DNA from: Bdellovibrionales bacterium
Lineage (GTDB): Bacteria; Bdellovibrionota; UBA1018; CAIMNF01
Assembly: GCA_947462765.1 (NCBI GenBank)
Contig: CANHQK010000004.1
Location: forward strand, 11,206-75,205
DNA length: 64,000 nucleotides
Reading direction: 5' to 3'
The notes under the pieces were generated by a model. That model had not been told where the DNA came from. It searched no databases and was given only the letters and a program-made list of their open reading frames with translations. Each line of letters starts with the position of its first letter. Positions within the stretch are counted from its first letter, which is position 1. Below, one piece after another: positions 31,521 through 39,989 of the stretch. A program made the translations under genes and the position numbers.

Positions 31521-31776
31521 GAGATGAAAGTTTAATCTAGACGGTGGCGTTGCCTCGTCTGTTTCCTGGATCGATCCACCCCCCAGCTCCTGATGAGAGG
31601 AACTCGGAGGGAACCGGGGGGGATCGAAAGGAAAGGTTCGAAAAACAAGTTTTAACCGTGAACTGTCCGGTTTGTGAGGACCGGGTGGGACACACCAGAA
31701 AATCGGCATGGATTGCCGGCCGCGGATTTGGTCGTCTGCGGGTGATCATGGAGGACGCTTTTTATGGATGGATAGT

Positions 31777-32610
31777 ATGGGACTTAGAGTCAACACGAAT
31801 ATTTCTTCGCTGGTCGCCCAGCGGAGCTTAAATGGAACCCGGGCCTCGCTCAGTAAGAACATGGAGAGGCTCGCCTCGGGAAGCCGGATCAACACAGCCG
31901 GCGATGATGCCGCAGGACTGGCGATCTCGGAAAACCTCAGGGCACAAGTCCGTGGCCTCAAGCAGGCCAAGCGGAACGCCCAAGACGGGGTCTCCTTGAT
32001 CCAGGTCTCCGAAGGGGGACTCAATGAAGTGACGAACATCCTGATCCGCCTCCGTGAATTGGCCATCCAATCGGCCTCGGACACGGTGGGCGACCGGGAA
32101 CGGAGCTTCACCGACCGCGAATTCCAGGCCTTGAAGTCTGAGGTGGACCGGATCGCGATGAGCACCAACTTCAACGGAACGCCTCTCCTGAACGGACGGG
32201 CGGGGATCTTCGAGATCCAGGTCGGTACCGGAAACAACCCCCTGACGGACAGAATCGTGTACGACGGTCAGAACGCAGACATCTCACTTGAGGCGCTGCG
32301 GATGACTGGTGAGAGTGTGGCCACGAAACAAGGGTCCCAACTCACTCTGTCGGTGATCGACGATGCGATCTCACAGGTCAGCAAGGTTCGCTCCGATCTC
32401 GGCGCAATGCAAAACAGGCTTCAATCTACGATCAACAACCTCGCCGTAAACGAGGAAAACATGACGGCTGCCAACAGCCGGATCCGGGACGCTGATCTTG
32501 CCGAAGAGGTCTCGGAAATGACGAAGAACAACATTCTCATGCAAGCGGGGATCTCGGTCTTGGGTCAGGCGAACAGCGCAGCCCAGTCCGCATTGAAACT
32601 CCTCGGTTGA
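31777..32610 (+). CDS. fliC: Flagellin, paralogue 2 (277 aa)
   Basis: MGLRVNTNISSLVAQRSL...GSRINTAGDDAAGLAISENLRAQVRGL...EVSEMTKNNILMQAGISVLGQANS. Start placed at the MGLRVNTN ATG rather than the upstream ORF-track start. Confidence 0.95.
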   Translation: MGLRVNTNISSLVAQRSLNGTRASLSKNMERLASGSRINTAGDDAAGLAISENLRAQVRGLKQAKRNAQDGVSLIQVSEGGLNEVTNILIRLRELAIQSASDTVGDRERSFTDREFQALKSEVDRIAMSTNFNGTPLLNGRAGIFEIQVGTGNNPLTDRIVYDGQNADISLEALRMTGESVATKQGSQLTLSVIDDAISQVSKVRSDLGAMQNRLQSTINNLAVNEENMTAANSRIRDADLAEEVSEMTKNNILMQAGISVLGQANSAAQSALKLLG

Positions 32611-32622
32611 TGAAAAAGAAAC

Positions 32623-32650
32623 TCCCCGGGGTGGCACTGCCCCCCGGGGA
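32623..32650 (+). terminator. GC-rich stem-loop after flagellin 2 (no U-tract)
   Basis: TCCCCGGGG (10-nt loop) CCCCGGGGA, a 9-bp perfect stem. It is followed by CTAAACC, not a T-run, so it is a hairpin of uncertain terminator function. Confidence 0.4.
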
Positions 32651-32736
32651 CTAAACCAAAACGGCAAGGATGCTGTCTGCACATCAAGGAACGTGTGCGG
32701 ATCTTAGGGAGAAGAAGAATATGAACGGAGGCTGAT

Positions 32737-33570
32737 ATGGGTTTAAGAATCAATACCAATCTCTCGGCGCTGGCGTCGATGAGGACCTTGTCGAATACGA
32801 AACACGCCCTGGATGGGTCGCTTGAGCGACTCGCTAGCGGCAACCGGATCAACCGCGCCGGAGACGACGCGGCCGGATTGGCGATCTCGGAGAACCTGCG
32901 GGCACAAATCCGCGGACTCAGGCAGGCCAAGCGGAATGCCCAGGACGGGGTCTCCTTGATCCAGGTCACCGAAGGCGGCCTGAACGAGATCTCGAACATG
33001 ATCGTCCGGCTCCGCGAACTGGCGATCCAGGCGGCATCGGATACGATCGGCGACAAGGAGCGGTCCTTCACTGACCGCGAATTCCAGGCGCTGAAATCCG
33101 AGATCCAACGGGTGGCCGATTCGACGAACTTCAACGGGAACCCCCTGTTGAACGGCCGGGCGGGAATCTTCGAGTTCCAGGTAGGAATCCACAACAATCC
33201 GGTTTCGGACCGGATCGTTTACAATGCCGAAAACGCGAACGTCTCACTCGAATCGCTCGGCATGGTGGGAGAGAGTGTCTCCACGAAGATCGGAGCGCAG
33301 ACCACGCTCGCGGTCCTGGACGACGCCCTCATGCGGGTCAACTCGGTCCGCGCCGACCTCGGAGCCGTTCAAAACCGGATGCAATCGACCATCAACTCGC
33401 TCGCCATCAGCGACGAGAACCTCTCGGCCGCCAACAGCCGGATTCGGGATGCGGATCTCGCACAAGAGGTGTCCGAGATGACCAAAAACAACATCCTGAT
33501 GCAGGCCGGTGTTTCCGTCCTGGGTCAAGCGAACCAGACCTCACAGTCTGCACTGAAACTCCTGAGCTAG
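32737..33570 (+). CDS. fliC: Flagellin, paralogue 3 (277 aa)
   Basis: MGLRINTNLSALASMRTL...GNRINRAGDDAAGLAISENLRAQIRGL. Closer to paralogue 2 than to paralogue 1, with long identical blocks such as RNAQDGVSLIQV.EGGLNE and RDADLA.EVSEMTKNNILMQAG.SVLGQAN. Confidence 0.95.
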   Translation: MGLRINTNLSALASMRTLSNTKHALDGSLERLASGNRINRAGDDAAGLAISENLRAQIRGLRQAKRNAQDGVSLIQVTEGGLNEISNMIVRLRELAIQAASDTIGDKERSFTDREFQALKSEIQRVADSTNFNGNPLLNGRAGIFEFQVGIHNNPVSDRIVYNAENANVSLESLGMVGESVSTKIGAQTTLAVLDDALMRVNSVRADLGAVQNRMQSTINSLAISDENLSAANSRIRDADLAQEVSEMTKNNILMQAGVSVLGQANQTSQSALKLLS

Positions 33571-33578
33571 ACCAACTG

Positions 33579-33633
33579 AAAGGCGGGATCGACCTAAGAC
33601 CAAAGGCACGATCCCGCCTTTCGCCGTTTTCTT
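33579..33633 (+). terminator. Rho-independent terminator after the flagellin array
   Basis: 13-bp perfect stem AAAGGCGGGATCG / CGATCCCGCCTTT (17-nt loop) followed by CGCCGTTTTCTT. Confidence 0.7.
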
Positions 33634-33644
33634 GGAGACACAAG

Positions 33645-34514
33645 ATGAGTGAAAAGAGAATCCTGATCGTCGGCGGCAGCGGGTTTGTCGGATGGAACCT
33701 CGCCTCCCTGCTCTCGAGAACCTATCCGGTGACCTTGACCTGGAATCGATCTCTCACCCCCCATCCCCGGGCGGCAACCGTTCAGTTTGGCGGCCTGCAC
33801 GACAAGGATGCTTGCGTATCTTTGGTTCAACAACTCAATCCGACCGTGGTGATCTATACCACCGGGATTTCCGACCCGGTTCGCGCCGAAAAAGACCCGG
33901 CCACTATGATGCTCACTCACACCAACGGTGCGAATCACATGCTGATCGCCGCCGACTACATCAAGGCCAAGTCCATCTTCATCTCTTCCGACTATGTGTT
34001 TGCCGGCATCGAAGGCAATTACCGCGAGTCCGACACGACCATTCCCTTCAATGCCCTCGGAAAAGCCAAACTCTCCGCGGAGAATTTCATCCGCAGCCGC
34101 TCACTCAATCATGTGGTGATCCGCTGCGCTCCACTTCTAGGTCGAGGCACCCTCGATCACCCGTCCTGGCTCGACCGACTCAGGGATCCCGCTCTTCCGG
34201 CAAAAAAAATCACCCTCTCCAGAAAGCAGGTTCACAATCCGGTTCACATCCGCGAGCTTGCAACCGCCATTGACCGGATCCTTCAGTATGACATCCGGAA
34301 CAAAGTCATCCACCTCGGAGGACTCACCCGGATTTCAGAATATGATCTCGCCATGAAATTCCTGGAGCGCTTCGGCCTCACCCGAGAGCACGTGGCCCCG
34401 TTCGACTCGGTCCTCGAATACCAGTACCAGGATTACTCGCTGAACTTCACCCAGAGCCTGAGATTACTCAAGACTGAGGCCTTGCTCCTGGAGCAAAGCT
34501 TTGATCTGCTCTAG
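33645..34514 (+). CDS. NAD(P)-dependent epimerase/reductase of the SDR superfamily (RmlD-like)
   Basis: Rossmann motif ILIVGGSGFVGWNL. ~289 aa, with RmlD/extended-SDR-like organisation. Sits immediately downstream of the flagellin array. Confidence 0.65.
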   Translation: MSEKRILIVGGSGFVGWNLASLLSRTYPVTLTWNRSLTPHPRAATVQFGGLHDKDACVSLVQQLNPTVVIYTTGISDPVRAEKDPATMMLTHTNGANHMLIAADYIKAKSIFISSDYVFAGIEGNYRESDTTIPFNALGKAKLSAENFIRSRSLNHVVIRCAPLLGRGTLDHPSWLDRLRDPALPAKKITLSRKQVHNPVHIRELATAIDRILQYDIRNKVIHLGGLTRISEYDLAMKFLERFGLTREHVAPFDSVLEYQYQDYSLNFTQSLRLLKTEALLLEQSFDLL

Positions 34515-35039
34515 CAGCACTTTCTGGTTCGGCCGCACTTTTTTCTGTTCCCGGGTCATCCGCGTGAACTCAGTGAAGAAGTGCTTCGAAACCTGTTCAC
34601 ATTCCACCTTTTCAGAGCGGTAGGTCCAGCAAACCGTACCGAAGGGCCCGGTCCGCGCCAGGAGCTCGTCCGGTTGCGGAACCGTCTGGCCTTGAATTCC
34701 CGCCGGCCCGTGACGGTCATACGAAACCTGGATCACGCCGTGTGTGGTGTTGGCCACAATGAGCTTGATTCCGTTCCGGTACAGCATGAAATCGGCCGCA
34801 CCCTGGGTCATATTGAAGATCTTGATTTCGGCGAACTTTTTTCCACCGTCGGAGAGCGCATTGAACACCCGGACATACTCCTGGAAGTCGGCACGGAGAT
34901 CGGTCAGGAAATCAACCGTGCTCTCCTCGATCGCCTGCTCGGGCCCAGCGCCCTGGGTCATATTATAGAGAGCCTCCGCCTCTGGGGAGGTCTCGACCTT
35001 GGCGATTTCATGGATCCATCCGTGGTGGGAAATATTCAT
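34464..35039 (-). CDS. Hypothetical protein with an internal duplicated YNMTQGA / FNMTQGA motif
   Basis: 191-aa ORF convergent with the SDR gene (51-nt 3' overlap). The repeat is visible at the DNA level (aatatgacccagggcgc... twice). Confidence 0.45.
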   Translation of the reverse strand: MNISHHGWIHEIAKVETSPEAEALYNMTQGAGPEQAIEESTVDFLTDLRADFQEYVRVFNALSDGGKKFAEIKIFNMTQGAADFMLYRNGIKLIVANTTHGVIQVSYDRHGPAGIQGQTVPQPDELLARTGPFGTVCWTYRSEKVECEQVSKHFFTEFTRMTREQKKVRPNQKVLLEQIKALLQEQGLSLE

Positions 35040-35369
35040 AGCTTCAGACAGTTTAGGAAGCCTTTTCGTGGGATGTCAAGAAAATGAAGGGCTTGGGGGA
35101 GGCCAGCAAGACATTGGAGCCCCAGAAGTTCACGTGGGCGCCGTATGCTCACTTTAGGCTTCCTACTCGAGGTAGGCATGCTCACCATGAGACAGGCACA
35201 GCCCCCTGGGTCAATGACTGTCGGGTCCAGATGTTTATTGTACTGGTCCCCCAAGCTGAGATCAGTATAGCAATTCAAACTGCGCGAGAAAAGCGCTTTT
35301 TCTATGTGCGGAATGTAAAAATATTTTTAATTTACAGAGCGTTAAATTACTGACAACATTCCTTTACGC

Positions 35370-36299
35370 ATGGCAGGCAAAAAAATCCTCGTCGCAGATG
35401 ACAGTCTTACCATCCAGAAGGTGATTCGACTCGCGCTCTCTGGAGACGGCTACGAAATCCAGACTGTTTCGGACGGAAAAGAGGCCCTGGAGCAAGCTTC
35501 CCTCTTTCGTCCCGACATTTGCATCATCGATGTCTCCCTGCCCCAGCTTGACGCCTACCAGCTTCGCGAAAAATTCATCGAAAAACCGGACTTAAAGCAC
35601 ATTCCCGTAGTGCTGATGTCTTCGACCTTCGAAAAAGTGGACGAAGAGCGCATGCATCGCTTGGGGTTCTCGGGTCACCTGGTGAAACCCTTCGATCCGT
35701 CTCATCTTCGTTCCACCCTTCTGGCCGTGAGTACCCAACCGCCGAAGCCGGATCCGATCACAGCAGCGGTGATCGACCCGATCCTGGAACCGATTCCTGA
35801 AAACCCTTTCCGCTTCGAGCCGCCGAAATCGGCCATCTCTTTTGATGAATTCCCCCCTCTCGGATCCGATCTGCAAGGTGGCCTGGATGACATCCAGACT
35901 CTTGCACGCAACACCTTCGAGATGAGCGGCTTGGATCAACAAGACTGGGGCATGGTGGAGCCGGGTCGAGTGGAGTCGCTGGATCTCGATTCTCCTTCCC
36001 CGCTTGCGCCCCCTCCAACTCCCGGACAACGGGAAGTCACCTCGATGGACTTCATGGACCTTCCCCCGCCTCCGGGATCGGCGCCGATCCGCCCTTCTAG
36101 CGAGCAGATGTTCTCGGCCATCGAGGTCGAATCCATGGTGAAGGCCGAAGTCGCCAGGATCCTAGAAGAGATGCACTTTCAGGTCCAGGACCGGATCAAC
36201 CACGAGATGAAACAATTCACCGAGGAATTCATGCCCCACCTCGCTGAGAAGATCATCAAGGAAGAGATCCACAAGCTCCTGTCGAACCCCCCTCTATGA
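35370..36299 (+). CDS. Response-regulator receiver (CheY-like REC) domain protein with a proline-rich/acidic C-terminal extension
   Basis: KILVADDSLTIQKVIRLAL...PDICIIDVSLPQLDAY...PVVLMSS...GHLVKPF gives the phospho-acceptor Asp, T/S and K of REC. The C-terminal 180 aa are P-rich and then helical (EEMHFQVQDRINHEMKQFTEEF). No DNA-binding domain. Confidence 0.75.
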   Translation: MAGKKILVADDSLTIQKVIRLALSGDGYEIQTVSDGKEALEQASLFRPDICIIDVSLPQLDAYQLREKFIEKPDLKHIPVVLMSSTFEKVDEERMHRLGFSGHLVKPFDPSHLRSTLLAVSTQPPKPDPITAAVIDPILEPIPENPFRFEPPKSAISFDEFPPLGSDLQGGLDDIQTLARNTFEMSGLDQQDWGMVEPGRVESLDLDSPSPLAPPPTPGQREVTSMDFMDLPPPPGSAPIRPSSEQMFSAIEVESMVKAEVARILEEMHFQVQDRINHEMKQFTEEFMPHLAEKIIKEEIHKLLSNPPL

Positions 36300-37018
36300 G
36301 AACCGACCGCTCCACCCTCGACTCCCGACCTTGCAAAATCGAAGTGGGGGTTTCCCGCTACGCCGAAGGCTCCTGCATCATCGAAACCGGACTCACCCGG
36401 GTGTTTTGTACCGCCAGCATCGAAGAGAGTGTCCCGTCTTGGCTGAAAGGCAAAGGCCAGGGCTGGATCACCGCTGAATACGCCATGCTTCCGCGAGCCA
36501 CCCACACCCGCTCGAAGCGGGATCGTGAGAAAGTCTCGGGTCGTACCCAGGAAATTCAGCGACTGATCGGCCGCGCTCTGCGGGCCATGGTCGATCTTTC
36601 CAAACTTGGCGAACGACAAATCATCGTGGATTGCGACGTCCTCCAAGCCGACGGCGGCACCCGGACAGCGGCCATCACCGGAGCCTGTGTCGCGGTGGGC
36701 GTGGCCCTTTCAAAACTGGTTCGCGAAAACAAGTGCGACCGCAGTGTGTTCATCGACACCGTCCAGGCCGTGAGCGTCGGCATGCACGGGGGTATCGTCC
36801 ATGTCGATCTCGATTACGAGGAAGACTCCTCGGGCGATGTCGACATGAACTTTGTCCGGACCGGATCCGGGCTTTTCGTCGAGATCCAGGGCACGGCAGA
36901 AAAGCGCGCATTCTCCGAGGAAGACCTGAAACTCATGATGGATGGCGCCAAACGGGGCCTGGATCGCCTGAAAGAGATCCAGCTCGAAACCCTGAGACCC
37001 TTCGGGATCCTCCCTTGA
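36296..37018 (+). CDS. rph: Ribonuclease PH
   Basis: RNase PH family: ...AEGSCIIETG.TRVFCTAS..., TAEYAMLPRATHTRSKRD, and QADGGTRTAAITGACVA. 240 aa. ATGA overlap with the upstream REC gene. Confidence 0.93.
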   Translation: MRTDRSTLDSRPCKIEVGVSRYAEGSCIIETGLTRVFCTASIEESVPSWLKGKGQGWITAEYAMLPRATHTRSKRDREKVSGRTQEIQRLIGRALRAMVDLSKLGERQIIVDCDVLQADGGTRTAAITGACVAVGVALSKLVRENKCDRSVFIDTVQAVSVGMHGGIVHVDLDYEEDSSGDVDMNFVRTGSGLFVEIQGTAEKRAFSEEDLKLMMDGAKRGLDRLKEIQLETLRPFGILP

Positions 37019-37887
37019 GTGCGCTGATTCCCTCCTGGAAAAAGTGGCTGCTCACGGGGCTCGAAGAAGACGGGGCCGCTTTCGACTGGACTGCACGGTC
37101 GCTTGCCAAACTCCGACCCGACACCCAAGCCACCCAAGCAAGATTGGTAGCAAAGGCAAACGGAATCTGGGCTGCAGCCACAGGACTCCGGGCGCTCGAA
37201 CTGCTCAGTCGCGAGCTCGGATCCCCGCTCGAGATCGAGTCCTCGATCGAAGACGGGGCACGAATCCTCCCCGGCCAGACTCTTTGCACCTGGAAGGGCT
37301 CGGCCAGATCGATCGTGATCTTCGAACGGAGCTTCATCAACCTCGCCTCCTACACCTCGGGGATCGCCACCCAAACTCGGACCACTGTCGATCGAGTGAT
37401 GGCATCCGGAATGAAAAACCCCGTTCGCATCACGGCCACCCGCAAGACTCTTCCCGGCTATCGGGATCTCGCCGTCGAATCGACCCTGATCGGTGGCGCC
37501 CACCCCCACCGGTTCAATCTGAGCGGTGGTCTCTTGCTGAAAGAGAACCACATCGCCGCAGCTGGTGGAATCACCGCCGCAATCAGAAGCGCGCGGAGCA
37601 CCATTCCCCACCTGCTCAAGATCGAGATCGAGGTCCGCAATCTCGAAGAGCTCAAAGAAGCGATCTCAGCCGGTGCAGAAGTCATCATGCTCGATAATTT
37701 CAGTCCAGAACAGATCCGGACTGCCGTTCCGCTCAAGACGGAGGGCGTTTGTTTCGAGGCCTCGGGCGGCATCTCTCTTTCCAATCTGGATTCCTACCTG
37801 ATCGAAGGCCTCGATGTCATCTCGATCGGTGCCCTCACCCATTCAGTGAAGGCTCTCGACTTGTCCCTGCTCATGAGCGGGACTTGA
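37015..37887 (+). CDS. nadC: Nicotinate-nucleotide pyrophosphorylase (quinolinate phosphoribosyltransferase)
   Basis: QPRTase signatures TRKTLPGYRDLAVESTLIGGAHPHRFNLSGGLLLKENH and IMLDNFSPEQI...EASGGISLSNL. Proposed TTG start at 37015 overlaps the rph stop (TTGA); no in-frame ATG is nearby. The ORF-track version begins inside rph in another frame. Confidence 0.8.
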   Translation: MSALIPSWKKWLLTGLEEDGAAFDWTARSLAKLRPDTQATQARLVAKANGIWAAATGLRALELLSRELGSPLEIESSIEDGARILPGQTLCTWKGSARSIVIFERSFINLASYTSGIATQTRTTVDRVMASGMKNPVRITATRKTLPGYRDLAVESTLIGGAHPHRFNLSGGLLLKENHIAAAGGITAAIRSARSTIPHLLKIEIEVRNLEELKEAISAGAEVIMLDNFSPEQIRTAVPLKTEGVCFEASGGISLSNLDSYLIEGLDVISIGALTHSVKALDLSLLMSGT

Positions 37888-38587
37888 GATGCACTTCCTC
37901 GCTTAAGAGTCTGCGCTCTCCGGTCGCAGTCGAAAGGATCATTTCACCGAACTCTCCATATCCGATCACCCTGCCATGACCCTCCTCGCGGGTGATGGCA
38001 TCTTCGAATCGAACTGAGTCTCCCGGGCGGAACCAGGCCCAGTCTTCATAGGTTTTTTTCAGGACCCGTAAATAGGGTTCAAACTTCAGCTCCGCCAGCA
38101 AGCGGTCAAGAAAATCATCGGGGATTTCGGGAGGAAGAGCAAGACCGGTGAGGTCAGCCAAAGAGGTCGTGATGCGTCCTTGAACCTGGGGAGCCGACCT
38201 CAAATTCACTCCCACTCCGGCAATGACAATCCTTTGCACCTTCTCGCATAAAACCCCTGCGATTTTGGCCCCTGAGCCGGCATCAACCACGTCATTCGGC
38301 CACTTGATCCGGACCTGCTCGCGCGTGACCCCGTACTCCAACATCACGCGGGCCACCGAAACGCCGATCCATAAAGGAATCCACGTGAGCGGCAGCTGTC
38401 CGGGATGAAGGTACAGCGAAGCATGCAGGTTTCCGCTTTCGGCGATCCACGGCCTTCCCTGCCGGCCCAAACCCGCCGTCTGCACCGGAGACACCACGCA
38501 ATCGAGATGCTGGAACACTCCACCTTCGAGGACCTTCTCCTTCAGAAAGGCTTGCGTGCTCTCCACACTTTTCAATTGGATCTTCAT
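37871..38587 (-). CDS. birA: Biotin--[acetyl-CoA-carboxylase] ligase
   Basis: BirA signature GRQGRPW (GRGRRGRxW-type) and KWPNDV. 238 aa with no N-terminal HTH domain, so a group-I ligase. Start codon is 1 nt after the VWA gene stop. Confidence 0.88.
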   Translation of the reverse strand: MKIQLKSVESTQAFLKEKVLEGGVFQHLDCVVSPVQTAGLGRQGRPWIAESGNLHASLYLHPGQLPLTWIPLWIGVSVARVMLEYGVTREQVRIKWPNDVVDAGSGAKIAGVLCEKVQRIVIAGVGVNLRSAPQVQGRITTSLADLTGLALPPEIPDDFLDRLLAELKFEPYLRVLKKTYEDWAWFRPGDSVRFEDAITREEGHGRVIGYGEFGEMILSTATGERRLLSEEVHLKSRS

Positions 38588-38588
38588 A

Positions 38589-39989
38589 TTATTTTTTAGG
38601 AGGTAGGCACTGGAGCACCTGGATCGACTTCTCGTTCCGAACCGTGATCCCTTCGATATTGCATTTGTCGTTCACAAAAAACCGGTAGGCCCCGGTCTTC
38701 AAAACGAAGGGGAAGTTGGTGATATAATTTCCCAGCTCCTTCTCTCCCCCATCAAAAACATGAAAACCGACATTGGTCGGATAATTCACCTGAACGACTC
38801 CAATTCCATCAATAGTGATTTCATGTTTACCGCCCGGAACAATCTTGAATTTCTGCTCGATCTTCTCAAAAAAAGGATCCCCTGATATCCGGACATCATA
38901 AACACCCGACTTCACAATGGCCGGTTCGTCGCTAGAAAAACTTTGCACAACTTTTTTATCCTTGTTCAGGATCTCGACATCCAGGAGGCCCTTGAAAAAA
39001 TGCACGGTCATCTGCCCCGAGCCCGCCACACGGAGGGTCACTCGCTTTCCGGGCGGGATCTTGAACTCCTTGAATGAGTAGACCGGTTCCAACAGCACCT
39101 CGGCACTGTAAGTCCCGGGGGGTAGGCGGACTCCATACGATGAAATAAAATCCCGAACGTAGACTCGCTCGCCATTCTTGATTTCAAACAGCCTCACCGT
39201 GGCTTTCGGATCCGGACTCTCGACAAACAAGTTATTGCCGACCCGTTTACCCTGGGCATTGGTTGCCCCTCCCATCATATTGCTAATGTCGTCGAGGGAC
39301 TGCTGGAGCTGCTCCGGGGACTTCGCACCGAAGGTCTTTCCAAGACATCGCAACTTATCGAGATCTTTGGATTTTTCATCAAGTCCGATCCCCGTAACGA
39401 ACATCTCGAGATCGACGATCTTCTCTTGAATCGCCTTCTCGAGAATCTTGCAACTGTCCCCGCCGCAGGTCTCCTCTCCATCCGTATAAATCATCACCCG
39501 TTTGGGACCCGGGTAATTCTTCAGCTGTTCGATCGCCAGTTCAAGCGAGTCCGCGATCGGAGTCATCCCGAGTGGCGACAGTTGCTTCACAGTACTGTCT
39601 ATCTTAGTCAGATTTCGCTCTCCAACCTTGATAGCAAGATAAGTGTCACCACAATCCTGCTTCCGGCGGCTGCCGTAAACCACCATCCCGACCTCGGCCT
39701 TTTCACGCCACTGATAACGAAGGTATTCATTAAACAACTTCTTGGCATAAAACATCTTTGATTTGCGTCTATCGAGCAACTGTCCCATCGATCCGGAGCT
39801 GTCCAAAAGGATCACCACTCGCGGCTTTAACGCCTGTTCGAGATCCTCATCTGAGTATTCGATGCTCGTCTGGAGGTCCTTCAAATCCGGGATCTCGAGC
39901 TTGAATGGCGTCGGGGTAGGGCTGCTCCGCGCATCAGCCCTTTGAGCAAAAAGAAGCAGGAACATAAAGCCAACCAGAATCAGCCTCAT
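38589..39989 (-). CDS. Secreted von Willebrand factor A (VWA) domain protein with a C-terminal beta-rich region
   Basis: Signal peptide MRLILVGFMFLLLFAQRADA. MIDAS motif VVILLDSSGSMG (DxSxS) with downstream ...T.IADSL... and YTDGEE. The C-terminal ~230 aa have repeated beta-strand-like segments. Confidence 0.8.
   Translation of the reverse strand: MRLILVGFMFLLLFAQRADARSSPTPTPFKLEIPDLKDLQTSIEYSDEDLEQALKPRVVILLDSSGSMGQLLDRRKSKMFYAKKLFNEYLRYQWREKAEVGMVVYGSRRKQDCGDTYLAIKVGERNLTKIDSTVKQLSPLGMTPIADSLELAIEQLKNYPGPKRVMIYTDGEETCGGDSCKILEKAIQEKIVDLEMFVTGIGLDEKSKDLDKLRCLGKTFGAKSPEQLQQSLDDISNMMGGATNAQGKRVGNNLFVESPDPKATVRLFEIKNGERVYVRDFISSYGVRLPPGTYSAEVLLEPVYSFKEFKIPPGKRVTLRVAGSGQMTVHFFKGLLDVEILNKDKKVVQSFSSDEPAIVKSGVYDVRISGDPFFEKIEQKFKIVPGGKHEITIDGIGVVQVNYPTNVGFHVFDGGEKELGNYITNFPFVLKTGAYRFFVNDKCNIEGITVRNEKSIQVLQCLPPKK

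Noticed and set aside
31544-31831. 95-aa ORF spanning the flagellin 1-2 intergenic region with a CxxC pair (VNCPVCEDRVGH)
   Set aside because: It runs through the flagellin-2 start in another frame and lacks an SD, so it is probably a chance ORF in the leader. It is retained only as a remote possibility of a leader peptide.
30530-32736. Sigma-28 (TAAA-N15-GCCGATAA) or sigma-54 (TGGCAC-N5-TTGC) promoters upstream of each flagellin gene
   Set aside because: I looked for these consensus elements in all three leaders and found no match good enough to annotate. A PWM scan is needed.
36631-37887. 418-aa ORF-track entry that starts inside rph
   Set aside because: The N-terminal 129 aa are an Arg-rich out-of-frame read-through of rph. 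The NadC homology begins only after the rph stop, so the gene was trimmed to a TTG at 37015.
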